A stretch of DNA of 14,016 nt, taken from assembly GCA_043804695.1 (NCBI GenBank), contig JAZDIV010000013.1:1-14016 (forward strand), read 5' to 3'. This document shows positions 6,085 through 13,986 of this stretch, piece after piece (positions within the stretch are counted from its first letter, which is position 1; each line of letters starts with the position of its first letter). Made by a program: the position numbers and the translations under genes. The notes under the pieces are model-generated. The model ran no database searches, had not been told where the DNA came from, and saw nothing but the letters and a program-made list of their open reading frames with translations. The stretch is from PVC group bacterium. GTDB taxonomy: Bacteria; Auribacterota; Erginobacteria; Erginobacterales; Erginobacteraceae.

Positions 6085-6239
6085 TTCTGCTGCCGGTGCA
6101 CTTTCGCTGCCTGCTGGAGCAGCCTCCCCAGGACCAGACCGAGGATGATCCCTGCGACCGCGGCGCCCAGCAAAACTGCGCCGATCTGCCAGCGGGGGAG
6201 ATGGTTCCTCCTTCTGCTTTCACGCAGATCGGAACGCAT
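6009..6239 (-). CDS. Possible small single-pass membrane protein (76 aa)
   Basis: ATG at 6239 gives MRSDLRESRRRNHLPRWQIGAVLLGAAVAGIILGLVLGRLLQQ...: a basic N-terminus and a clean hydrophobic helix. Fills the gap after the radical SAM gene but overlaps the motB2 3' end by 76 nt; RBS is weak. Confidence 0.4.
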   Translation of the reverse strand: MRSDLRESRRRNHLPRWQIGAVLLGAAVAGIILGLVLGRLLQQAAKVHRQQNQISEFFALALPSASITPVSPDSGN

Positions 6240-6300
6240 CCTGACCTTGACCCATCTCTTCGGCGCCCGGCCGGGATTGCCTGATTCCCGCCTGCGAAGA

Positions 6301-7434
6301 TCACCCGGCTGCATTTTTTCTCCTGTGGAAACGGGCGGCCCGGGCCCATTTAATCTTCAGATACTCCCGGATGATCCGGGGATAAACCCGGAAATTAAAG
6401 AGGATATTCAGCGTCAGAAAACATTCATACGTGCAGAAACAGCGTGACTCTTTGATCGCCCGGCGGGCCCGGGCGGCCGCGGGACCGGACCAGAGGCGCT
6501 TGAAGTCATATCCGGCATCCCTCAGATTTCCCATCTTCAGATCATCGTGGAGTTCGCAGGGCAACAGATCTCCGTTGGCAAAGAGCGCCGCCCCCAGAAT
6601 ACCCGCATAACAGGGAAGAATCATCCGGTTCTCCCTGATGACCCGGGCGATGATCTGATGCCGGATAATCCGTTTCGCGTTGATCAGGTCCGCGAAGGGG
6701 AAGCGGTCATACCCGCTTAACATCCGTTCCTTGATCCCCCTCTCCATCGCCCGGGCGTATTTCTCGTAGTTGTCGATATTAAAAAATTTCGCCGCCGGCT
6801 CCATCGGTTTCCCCCGGCAGAGAAGCGTAAAAAGGTTGTCCGCCTCGGTCTCTTCGACGAAGTAGCGGTACATGCTCATCAGTTTGGCATCGTTGAACGA
6901 GGAGACCGTGGTCTCGACTGTCGCGGAAAAATGAGGATAGGCCTTTTCCAGCCGCTTCAATTCATGGAAGGTGGCCATCGCTTTTTCAAATAAGCCGGGG
7001 ACGCCCCTGATCTCGTCATGATCCGCCCCGATCCCGTCAATCGACACGTCAACCATCAGGTCCATCCCCGGGCAGGTGTCCATTATTTTCCGCACGGTTT
7101 CCACCACCCGTTCCGTCAGGGAACCGTTGGTCGGAATGCCGACATTGAGAATATGGTTGTTCCGATGAAATATCCGGATGATTTCCGGCAGATCCTGCCT
7201 CAAAAAGGGCTCCCCTCCCGTCGGCAACAGGAAAAGAAAGTCATCCATCCCGGCGGAGATTTTATCGATCTCTTCCAGCGTCAGCTCATCGCGGCCCGGA
7301 TGGATCCCCGCCAGCAGGCAGTGCTTGCACCAGGCATTGCAGCGCTCGGTGACAAAAAACACCAGGTAAAGAGGAGAGGCATGCCGTTTAGAGAAAACCC
7401 GGGAGGCGTATTTAAGATACCGCAGCGCAGACAT
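6301..7434 (-). CDS. Radical SAM protein with C-terminal SPASM/twitch-like Cys cluster
   Basis: CNAWCKHC (CxxxCxxC), TGGEPFLRQD, TNG, VSIDG...HDEIRG; C-terminal CYAG...GDLLPCE...MGNL...CFCTYEC. GAGG RBS upstream. Confidence 0.92.
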   Translation of the reverse strand: MSALRYLKYASRVFSKRHASPLYLVFFVTERCNAWCKHCLLAGIHPGRDELTLEEIDKISAGMDDFLFLLPTGGEPFLRQDLPEIIRIFHRNNHILNVGIPTNGSLTERVVETVRKIMDTCPGMDLMVDVSIDGIGADHDEIRGVPGLFEKAMATFHELKRLEKAYPHFSATVETTVSSFNDAKLMSMYRYFVEETEADNLFTLLCRGKPMEPAAKFFNIDNYEKYARAMERGIKERMLSGYDRFPFADLINAKRIIRHQIIARVIRENRMILPCYAGILGAALFANGDLLPCELHDDLKMGNLRDAGYDFKRLWSGPAAARARRAIKESRCFCTYECFLTLNILFNFRVYPRIIREYLKIKWARAARFHRRKNAAG

Positions 7435-7482
7435 AGATAAACTTTTACCTCACTTTTGAATAAATGAATCGGGACAATAAAA

Positions 7483-7599
7483 GGTAACGGTTAGGGTAAC
7501 GATGCCCGTATCGGTAAGGGTAACGGTAACGGGCGCCGCGGCGAGCTCACGTAACCGTAACCGGCAGACGAAACGGGCCTCGTTACCGTAACCGTTACC
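7483..7599. repeat. Intergenic inverted-repeat element built from GGTAAC-type hexamers
   Basis: 7483-7513 matches the reverse complement of 7569-7599 at 28/31 positions. Further GGTAAC/CGTAAC units lie inside, with a central CGCCGCGGCG palindrome (7534-7543). Confidence 0.8.
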
Positions 7600-7681
7600 C
7601 AGTTGCGCCGCAGGCGCTAACTTGTAATATTATACCATGTCCAATGAATATAACCAGTTCATCCCTTCCCGGGAATACCTT

Positions 7682-8821
7682 TCACTCTTTTTTCCGCCGG
7701 GTCTTCTCCGCGGCCCGATAGAGTCGTTGATAGGCGCCGACCATGGCCCCGATATCATACCCGGCCGCCACCTCATTCTGTGCCGTCCGGCCCAGCCGGT
7801 CAGCGAAATCCCGATCGTCCAGCACCCGCTCAATAGCTTGGGCCAAAGCCGATCCGTCCCGGGGAGGGACCAGAAGCCCGGAAAAGCCGTCCCGGACCAG
7901 GCCGGAGCTCCCCCCCACCGCCGTCGCCACCACCGCCCGCTTGAGAGCCATCGCCTCCAGGAGGGCAATGGAGAGGCCTTCCCGGATGGAACTGAGGACA
8001 AACACATCGGAGAGGCCCACAATCTCCGCCGCGTCGGGGCGGGAGCCGAGCAGGAACACCCGTCCATCAAGCCCGCGGGCCCGGATGGTCTCGCCCAGTT
8101 CCCCGCGCAGTTCCCCCTCTCCCAGGAGGAGGAAGTACACGTCCTGCCGGTGCCCGAGGATCTTTTCGGCGGCCTCCAGCAGGTAGCGGTGCCCTTTTTT
8201 CGGCGTCAGCGCCGCCGCCGTGGCCACCACTCGGTGTCCGGGGAGAACCCCGAGCCCGGCCAGTTTCCCGGCCGGGTCGGCGACTTTCCGCAAACGCTCG
8301 AGGTTGAGACCGTTTGCCACCACCCGGACTTTCCGCGCCGGAATGCCGCAGCGGGAGACGAGCGAACGGCGGACGGGTTCTGAAACCGCGATCACCTGAT
8401 CGGTGCGGAAAGCGAGAATATAATCGAGCAGCCGCCGGGGGGCGTTTTTCCATTCGGACATGTTATGTTCGGTCCGGAAAAGAAGACACCGGGGGCAGAG
8501 GACAGCCCCGGCCCAACCCCAGAGATGGCTTGAGAAGAGATGGGTGTGAATGATCCGGACCCGGTTATCCCGGATGATCCCGAGCAGCCGCCGGAAGCTC
8601 TTGAGATCGAATGGCGACCGCCGGCCCAGCACAAAGACCGGGACGCCGATCGCCCGCAGCATGTCCGCGACACCGCCTCCCCGGGTCAGGGCGCAGACCA
8701 GAAACCGGAACTTCTCCCGGTCCCCCCGCTGGATGAGATCGTAGACCACCATCTCGGCGCCTTCCCGGGGGAGGCTGTCTATGACATGGAGAACGGTAAT
8801 TTTCCGCTTATTCCGCATCAT
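7682..8821 (-). CDS. Glycosyltransferase family 4 (GT-B)
   Basis: VLHVIDSLPREGAE, IHTH, VANG, KGHRYLLEA, FVLSSIREGLSIALLEAMA (EX7E), ATAVGG. Start could be 8821 or 8818. Confidence 0.93.
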   Translation of the reverse strand: MMRNKRKITVLHVIDSLPREGAEMVVYDLIQRGDREKFRFLVCALTRGGGVADMLRAIGVPVFVLGRRSPFDLKSFRRLLGIIRDNRVRIIHTHLFSSHLWGWAGAVLCPRCLLFRTEHNMSEWKNAPRRLLDYILAFRTDQVIAVSEPVRRSLVSRCGIPARKVRVVANGLNLERLRKVADPAGKLAGLGVLPGHRVVATAAALTPKKGHRYLLEAAEKILGHRQDVYFLLLGEGELRGELGETIRARGLDGRVFLLGSRPDAAEIVGLSDVFVLSSIREGLSIALLEAMALKRAVVATAVGGSSGLVRDGFSGLLVPPRDGSALAQAIERVLDDRDFADRLGRTAQNEVAAGYDIGAMVGAYQRLYRAAEKTRRKKE

Positions 8822-8853
8822 AAATCACAAATTCGTTACCATATGACAGATAA

Positions 8854-9669
8854 CTAAAGCCCCTCTCCCACCGCCTTCTGCCAGAGATGATGCCAGAGGT
8901 CGAAAGCCCCTTCTATTTTCATCCGGAAATCCCCCAGATCATCATCCCGCGAGACCTCGGTCCGCCGGAGACGGAAGAGATCGTAGGGACGGCGGTTGGT
9001 CCCCGGGCGGACGGTGACCGCGCCCCGGTATCCGGCCGTCCTGACCCGGGCGGCCAGGTCCGGCGTGTGCTTGCCCCGGGGGTAGGAGAACCACTCCGGC
9101 CTCACCCCCAGCCGTTCTCCGATGCGGGAGGCGCTCCCCGCTATCTCGCGCTCCGCTTCCGGCGCCGGCAAACCGGTGAGCTCCCGGTGCGACAGCGAAT
9201 GAGACCCGACCGCGATGCCGTATCCCCGCATTTCGTCCAGCATTTCCCAGGAGAGCGGGCGGGATTGCTTAGGCCCGGTCCGATAACGTTCCAGAGCGAC
9301 CGGGCCGTCGATAAAACCGGGAACGACGAAGACCAGCGCCGGCAGCCGCCGCTGCTTCAGAACCGGGAAGGCCGTGTCATAGAAATCCAGATAGCCGTCA
9401 TCAAAGGTTAAGACCAGCACGGTCTTCCCTTCATCCCTCCCGGCCAGGGCCCCCGACAGCGTCTCCACCCGGTAACCCTCCCCGAGCAGGAAGTCCATCT
9501 GTCTCGCGAACTCGCCGGGGGAGACGGAGAGCCGGTCCCCGGGGCAGTCGGCCACCCGGTGGTACATCAGGATCCGGACCCCTCCTCCCCGGACCAGGCG
9601 GCTGATCCGGGCCGCCGGGGCGGATAACACCGGGATGACCTTTCGCAGCGTGCGGCTACCCTTTCCCAT
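8854..9669 (-). CDS. Polysaccharide deacetylase (CE4/NodB-like)
   Basis: ILMYHRV, LTFDDGY, GSHSLSH, FSYPRG motifs. ATG 9669 (MGKGSRT...) overlaps the upstream GT end by 14 nt and is preferred over the track start at 9765. Confidence 0.9.
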   Translation of the reverse strand: MGKGSRTLRKVIPVLSAPAARISRLVRGGGVRILMYHRVADCPGDRLSVSPGEFARQMDFLLGEGYRVETLSGALAGRDEGKTVLVLTFDDGYLDFYDTAFPVLKQRRLPALVFVVPGFIDGPVALERYRTGPKQSRPLSWEMLDEMRGYGIAVGSHSLSHRELTGLPAPEAEREIAGSASRIGERLGVRPEWFSYPRGKHTPDLAARVRTAGYRGAVTVRPGTNRRPYDLFRLRRTEVSRDDDLGDFRMKIEGAFDLWHHLWQKAVGEGL

Positions 9670-10795
9670 GGCTGATGGTGTCCCCCGCCCATCCGGCCGG
9701 GCGCCCGGCGGCCAGAGAATACAGTTCCTCGACTTTCCGGCACATCCTGGAAACGGTGAAATCACGCGTCACCCGGCGGCAGGCCGCCTTCCCCAGCACC
9801 GGGAGAAGGGCCGGGCTCCCCAGCAATTCCGCCAGACGAGCGGTGAGGGCGGCGGGATCCCCCGGCGGCACCAGAAAACCGTTCCCGCCGTTATCGATCA
9901 CCTCCGGGTTGGCGCCGACCGTGGTAGCAATCACCGCCCTCCCGGCCGCCATCGCCTCCAGGAGGGCGTTGGAGAACCCCTCGGCGAGAGAGGGAAGAAC
10001 AAAGATATGCATCTCCCGTAAAAACGAATCCGGGTCTACAATCTCTCCGCGGAAGGTAAGCCGACCCTGTAAACGGTGCCTCCGCCCCAGTTCCTGCAGC
10101 CGGTCGTGATACCGCCGGTCGAGGACCCGGCCCCCGATATGCAGTTCCCAGGGCGGGTCCACGGGCAACCGGCCGGCCGCCTCCAGCAGGTACTCCAGCC
10201 CCTTGACCGGACGGATGTTGCCCAGAGTCCCGATCTTTATTTTTTCTTCCGGGACCGGCGGACGGACGGCCCTGCCGCCGGGGGGGGGCTCTATCCCGTT
10301 GTACACGAGCACGATCCTGCTTGCGGAGGCCTTCTCCCGGCGGAGCAGGTAGGATACCACCTCGCCGGAATTGGCGGTGATCCTGAACGTGAGGGGGTTG
10401 ACCGCCCGGTGAGCCAGGATATGACGCCCCTTTTTCCAGAAACCGGTATCTCGCCGGCTGGTGATCACCGTGGTACCGGTGAGAAAGCCGGCGAGAGGAG
10501 AAATAATATTCGCCGCGAAGAGGTACGAATGCACCACGGAGACACGGTGACGGCGGATCGCGCCGCTCACCCCCCCGATCGCCCGGGCGAAACGCGGCCC
10601 CATGATATCCCGGAGGGCAAGCGCTTCAACCGGGACCCCTTTCCCTTCCAGTTCCTTCCCCAGGGGTCCTTTCTCCAGCAGGCAGCAGACAACCGGCTGA
10701 AAACGGTCCGGATCCAGGCCGGAGATCAGCTGCCAAAGGTGCCTCTGGGCACCCGCCCGGACCATCTTGTCGATAACGTAGAGGATTCTGATCAT
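9656..10795 (-). CDS. Glycosyltransferase family 4 (GT-B)
   Basis: ILYVIDKMVRAGAQ, VYNGI, KGLEYLLEA, FVLPSLAEGFSNALLEAMAAG (EX7E), ATTVGANPEVI. Confidence 0.93.
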   Translation of the reverse strand: MIRILYVIDKMVRAGAQRHLWQLISGLDPDRFQPVVCCLLEKGPLGKELEGKGVPVEALALRDIMGPRFARAIGGVSGAIRRHRVSVVHSYLFAANIISPLAGFLTGTTVITSRRDTGFWKKGRHILAHRAVNPLTFRITANSGEVVSYLLRREKASASRIVLVYNGIEPPPGGRAVRPPVPEEKIKIGTLGNIRPVKGLEYLLEAAGRLPVDPPWELHIGGRVLDRRYHDRLQELGRRHRLQGRLTFRGEIVDPDSFLREMHIFVLPSLAEGFSNALLEAMAAGRAVIATTVGANPEVIDNGGNGFLVPPGDPAALTARLAELLGSPALLPVLGKAACRRVTRDFTVSRMCRKVEELYSLAAGRPAGWAGDTISHGKG

Positions 10796-10820
10796 TATAA
10801 ATTAGCTCGCTGCGCTCGCA
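10796..10820 (-). repeat. 25-bp motif directly upstream of a GT start codon, copy A
   Basis: Minus strand TGCGAGCGCAGCGAGCTAATTTATA followed by ATG; 23/25 identical to 13957-13981. Confidence 0.8.
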
Positions 10821-10833
10821 AATTTATTATCCA

Positions 10834-11475
10834 TCACTCCATCACCCCATCATCGCCTGGTTGCATATCCTGCGGGGAAACCCTGTTGTCCCGCAGGCGG
10901 TATTCCCTCCCGCACCGGGAGCAGACCGCCTCTTCATTTTCGAAGGTCAACCGTGTCCCGCAGGCGCAGACCCAGCCCCTGATCACGGCCGGATTGCCGT
11001 AGACCAGGGCATAATCGGGGACATCCCGGGTGACCACGGAACCGGCGCCGACAAAAGCGGAACGGCCGATCGTGTGCCCACAGACAATGGTGGCGTTGGC
11101 CCCGATGCTGGCCGATCTCCCGACCAGTGTCTTTTTATAAAACTCGCTCCCCCGCTGGGGAAATTCGCTCCGGGGGTTCAGGATATTGATAAAAACCATC
11201 GAGGGGCCGCAGAAGACATAGTCTTCCAGTTCCACGCCCTCATAGACCGAAACATTGTTCTGAATTTTTACCTGATCTCCGATCCGGACATTCCCGGCGA
11301 TATTGACGTTCTGCCCGAGGGAGCAGTTCTTCCCGATCCGAGCGCCGGATTGGATATGACTGAAATGCCAGATCTTCGTCCCCGCCCCAATGACCGCTCC
11401 CTCGTCTACATAACTGGATTCGTGGACGAAGTAATCCCCCTGTTGAGAAAAATTAGAGCTGTCTTTTTTTATCAT
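10834..11475 (-). CDS. wbpD: WbpD/WlbB-like sugar N-acetyltransferase (left-handed beta-helix) with C-terminal Cys-pair ribbon
   Basis: VHESSYVDEGAVIGAGTKIWHFSHI, VKIQNNVSVYEGVELEDYVFCGPSMVF, SIGANATIVCG, GNPA..GWVCACG...CSRCG. GGAG RBS upstream. Confidence 0.85.
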   Translation of the reverse strand: MIKKDSSNFSQQGDYFVHESSYVDEGAVIGAGTKIWHFSHIQSGARIGKNCSLGQNVNIAGNVRIGDQVKIQNNVSVYEGVELEDYVFCGPSMVFINILNPRSEFPQRGSEFYKKTLVGRSASIGANATIVCGHTIGRSAFVGAGSVVTRDVPDYALVYGNPAVIRGWVCACGTRLTFENEEAVCSRCGREYRLRDNRVSPQDMQPGDDGVME

Positions 11476-11581
11476 CGATCTTTCTCCATTTATAAATGAG
11501 CTTCCTTAGATCGCATATTTATATTTTGAACACTGAATTCACTTAAAATTTACCTGTGAAGTTATTATACTGCTTGCACAC

Positions 11582-11608
11582 TCTTATTTTTCCGGAGGAA
11601 AAATAAGA
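11582..11608. repeat. 27-bp palindromic repeat, copy 2 (perfect 12-bp stem, GGA loop)
   Basis: TCTTATTTTTCC-GGA-GGAAAAATAAGA, abutting the stop codon (11609-11611) of the dehydrogenase gene. Confidence 0.92.
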
Positions 11609-12613
11609 TTATAATTCTACCGTAACTCCTCCTTCCTCCAGTGACCTCTGGGCCGCCTCCAGAACCCGTACCACCGCGCAGCCGTTTTCACCGTCGGTCA
11701 GGGGACGCCGCCGCTCCTTCACGCACCGGATAAAATGTCCGGTCTCCGCCTGCAGGGGTTCCCCGGCCTTCACCCAGGGGATCTGCACGTCTCCGTAGCG
11801 AAGATTCAGATACTCCCCGTAGGTGTCATAGACGAGGTTTTCGGGCACTCCCTTATCGTAAATCCTGATCGGCTCGCTGCTGTCCATGTCATCGAAGACC
11901 ATCATTTTCCTGCTCCCGACGATGGTCACCCGCCTGATTTTATGGGGGTCCAGCCAGCTGACATGAAGATGGGCCATTACCCGGTCGGGGAAGGTTATGG
12001 TGATGAAATCCACATCGGCCACATTGCTCTGAATATATGACTCTCCCCGGGCGGCCACCGATCGGGGTTCCCGGTCGATAAGATAGAGGGCGACCGAGAC
12101 ATCGTGGGGGGCGAAGGTCCAGAGAGCGTTCTCGCTCCGCCGGATCTTCCCCAGGTTGACCCGCTGGCTGTACAGATAATAGAGATCCCCGATCTTGCCG
12201 CTGCGGAGCTCGTCTTTTAGTTTTATTACCCCGGGATGATACAGCAGGAGGTGTCCGACCATCAGGATCAATTCCCGTTTCTCCGCCTGTTCACAGAGTT
12301 TCCGGCACTCGTCGGCGGTCAGCGCCATCGGTTTCTCCACGAAAACGTCTTTACCGGCCTCCAGGCAGTCTCGGGCAATCCGGTAGTGGGTGCTCCCCGG
12401 CGTGGCCACCACCACCGCCCGGATGGAGGAGTCCTGCAAAATCCGACCGTAGTCGGCGGTAACCGCCATCTCGGGATACTTCGCCCGGGCGGCGGCAAGC
12501 CGGGATTCCACCAGATCGGCGGCGGTGACGACCTCCGCCCCGGGCTGTTCCTGAAAATTCCTCAGCAAATTCTTCCCCCACCCTCCGACACCGATAATTC
12601 CTAATTTTATCAT
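11609..12613 (-). CDS. Gfo/Idh/MocA family NAD-dependent oxidoreductase (WbpB/WlbA-like nucleotide-sugar dehydrogenase)
   Basis: Rossmann motif GIIGVGGWG, VATP..TH, VFVEKPMA, MVGH, APHD. GAGGG RBS fits ATG 12613 (alternative GTG 12616). Adjacent to the WbpD-like gene. Confidence 0.9.
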   Translation of the reverse strand: MIKLGIIGVGGWGKNLLRNFQEQPGAEVVTAADLVESRLAAARAKYPEMAVTADYGRILQDSSIRAVVVATPGSTHYRIARDCLEAGKDVFVEKPMALTADECRKLCEQAEKRELILMVGHLLLYHPGVIKLKDELRSGKIGDLYYLYSQRVNLGKIRRSENALWTFAPHDVSVALYLIDREPRSVAARGESYIQSNVADVDFITITFPDRVMAHLHVSWLDPHKIRRVTIVGSRKMMVFDDMDSSEPIRIYDKGVPENLVYDTYGEYLNLRYGDVQIPWVKAGEPLQAETGHFIRCVKERRRPLTDGENGCAVVRVLEAAQRSLEEGGVTVEL

Positions 12614-12688
12614 CACTCCCTCTCTTATCCCGGATTATTCATGAAAATTAATTCTACGGACAATAATACACATAATATCAGATTAAAA

Positions 12689-12713
12689 TTATTTTTCCGG
12701 AGGAAAAATAAGA
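12689..12713. repeat. 27-bp palindromic repeat, copy 3 (25 bp retained), inside the 3' end of a GT gene
   Basis: TTATTTTTCCGGAGGAAAAATAAGA; on the minus strand it encodes LIFPPEK and the TAA stop. Confidence 0.9.
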
Positions 12714-13957
12714 CTGGATGAGAAAAGATCCGCGATCTGCCGGCTGGTCACCCGGATGTCCCACAACTGTTCTATCTTCTTCCTGCCCGACCGGCCGTAC
12801 CTTCTCAACAATTCAGGATTACCACTGACCCTCTTAACCAGATCGGCGATCGCGCGGGGATCTTTCTCGGCGATCGCGAACCCGCAGAATGGGTTATCGA
12901 TCAGCTCCGGCAATGAGGGGAGCGGAGTGCAGGCGACCGGGACGCCGACGGCAAGCGCTTCCAAGAGCACATTGGGTATCCCCCAGTGGATCCGCAGGAC
13001 CGCGGGCAGGATAAAAATATCCGCCCACCGGTAATGCCGCGGCATCTCTTCCTGCGCCTGGTAGCCGGTGAAGGTGATCCGGCTTTCCAGGTTCTTTTCC
13101 CTAACGATCGTTTTCAGCCGCTCTTCCAGATACCCGCCGCCGATAATCCGGCAGTGAAAGTCGAACTTTTCCTCCGCCAGCAGAGCGCAGGCGTCGATCA
13201 GGTACTCGAACCCCTTGCATTCGAACAGACTCCCCGCGGAGAGGATATGGAAGGCCCCGTCCCCGGGAGCCTCCCCGCCGGCCGGCCTCCCTGCCCTCCC
13301 CGGGGCGGCAATTTTTCCCTTCAGACGATAGTTCTCCAGATCGATCCCGTGGTAGATGATCCTGATCTTATCCGGGCTGGTCTCCGGGGCAAGCCCCAGA
13401 AGGTGCCGCTTGTTGTCGGCGGTGCAGGTAATCACAAAAGCCGCCCGGCGGAGCTTCTCGCCCAGGCCGACGGTCTTGACGTGGATATCATGGGCATGCC
13501 CGGTGAAACTGAACGGGATCCGGTTGATCCGGGAAATACAGAAGGCCGTCAGGGCCGGATAGGTGGCCCACTGGCCGTGAACGTGCTCGATGCCCCGCTT
13601 CCGGCAGACGGCGGCGAAGTACACCGCCCGGGGGATACAGGCGAGAGATTTGCAGAGGAACTCGGCATCCCGCCAGTTCATCCTGATCACGGAAAAGACC
13701 ATCGCCAGGTACTCCCGGGGCCGGGTAAAAAAAAGGCGACAGTTTTCCCCCAGCACGTTCCGATCCAGGAGAAGCCCGGCATAGATCGCCCTCTCCGCCA
13801 GTCCGTTGCCGACGGCATGGCGCACGGGCTCCCGGCTGCTCTTCTTCAGGGAAAAGACCACCAGGTCCAGCAGCCGCTCGAGGGCGAGGAGCTCCCGGAG
13901 AATAAAAGCCTCGTCGTAGCAGGGGAACCGGGAGAAGATCATGGCGACTTTCTTCAT
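12689..13957 (-). CDS. Glycosyltransferase family 4 (WcaL-like)
   Basis: FPCYDEAFILREL, HVHGQWA, PFSFTGHAHDI, IYHGID, KGFEYLIDA, GIPNVLLEALAVG, LPELI. Confidence 0.9.
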   Translation of the reverse strand: MKKVAMIFSRFPCYDEAFILRELLALERLLDLVVFSLKKSSREPVRHAVGNGLAERAIYAGLLLDRNVLGENCRLFFTRPREYLAMVFSVIRMNWRDAEFLCKSLACIPRAVYFAAVCRKRGIEHVHGQWATYPALTAFCISRINRIPFSFTGHAHDIHVKTVGLGEKLRRAAFVITCTADNKRHLLGLAPETSPDKIRIIYHGIDLENYRLKGKIAAPGRAGRPAGGEAPGDGAFHILSAGSLFECKGFEYLIDACALLAEEKFDFHCRIIGGGYLEERLKTIVREKNLESRITFTGYQAQEEMPRHYRWADIFILPAVLRIHWGIPNVLLEALAVGVPVACTPLPSLPELIDNPFCGFAIAEKDPRAIADLVKRVSGNPELLRRYGRSGRKKIEQLWDIRVTSRQIADLFSSSLIFPPEK

Positions 13958-13981
13958 ATAAATTAGCTCGCTTTGCTCGCA
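13957..13981 (-). repeat. 25-bp motif directly upstream of a GT start codon, copy B
   Basis: Minus strand TGCGAGCAAAGCGAGCTAATTTATA, whose last A is the A of ATG; 23/25 identical to 10796-10820. Confidence 0.8.
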
Positions 13982-13986
13982 CGATT

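Noticed and set aside
9670..9765. N-terminal extension of the deacetylase in the ORF track
   Set aside because: It would overlap the upstream GT by 110 nt with low-complexity sequence; ATG 9669 gives a typical short overlap.
11564..11592. Internal minus-strand promoter (perfect TATAAT at 11569-11564) before the acetyltransferase
   Set aside because: No -35 match at the expected spacing (it falls in the palindrome's A-tract), and TATAAT arises easily in this AT-rich spacer.
4317..12713. CRISPR array from the 27-bp palindromic repeats
   Set aside because: Copies are kilobases apart and separated by genes, with no regular spacers and no cas genes.
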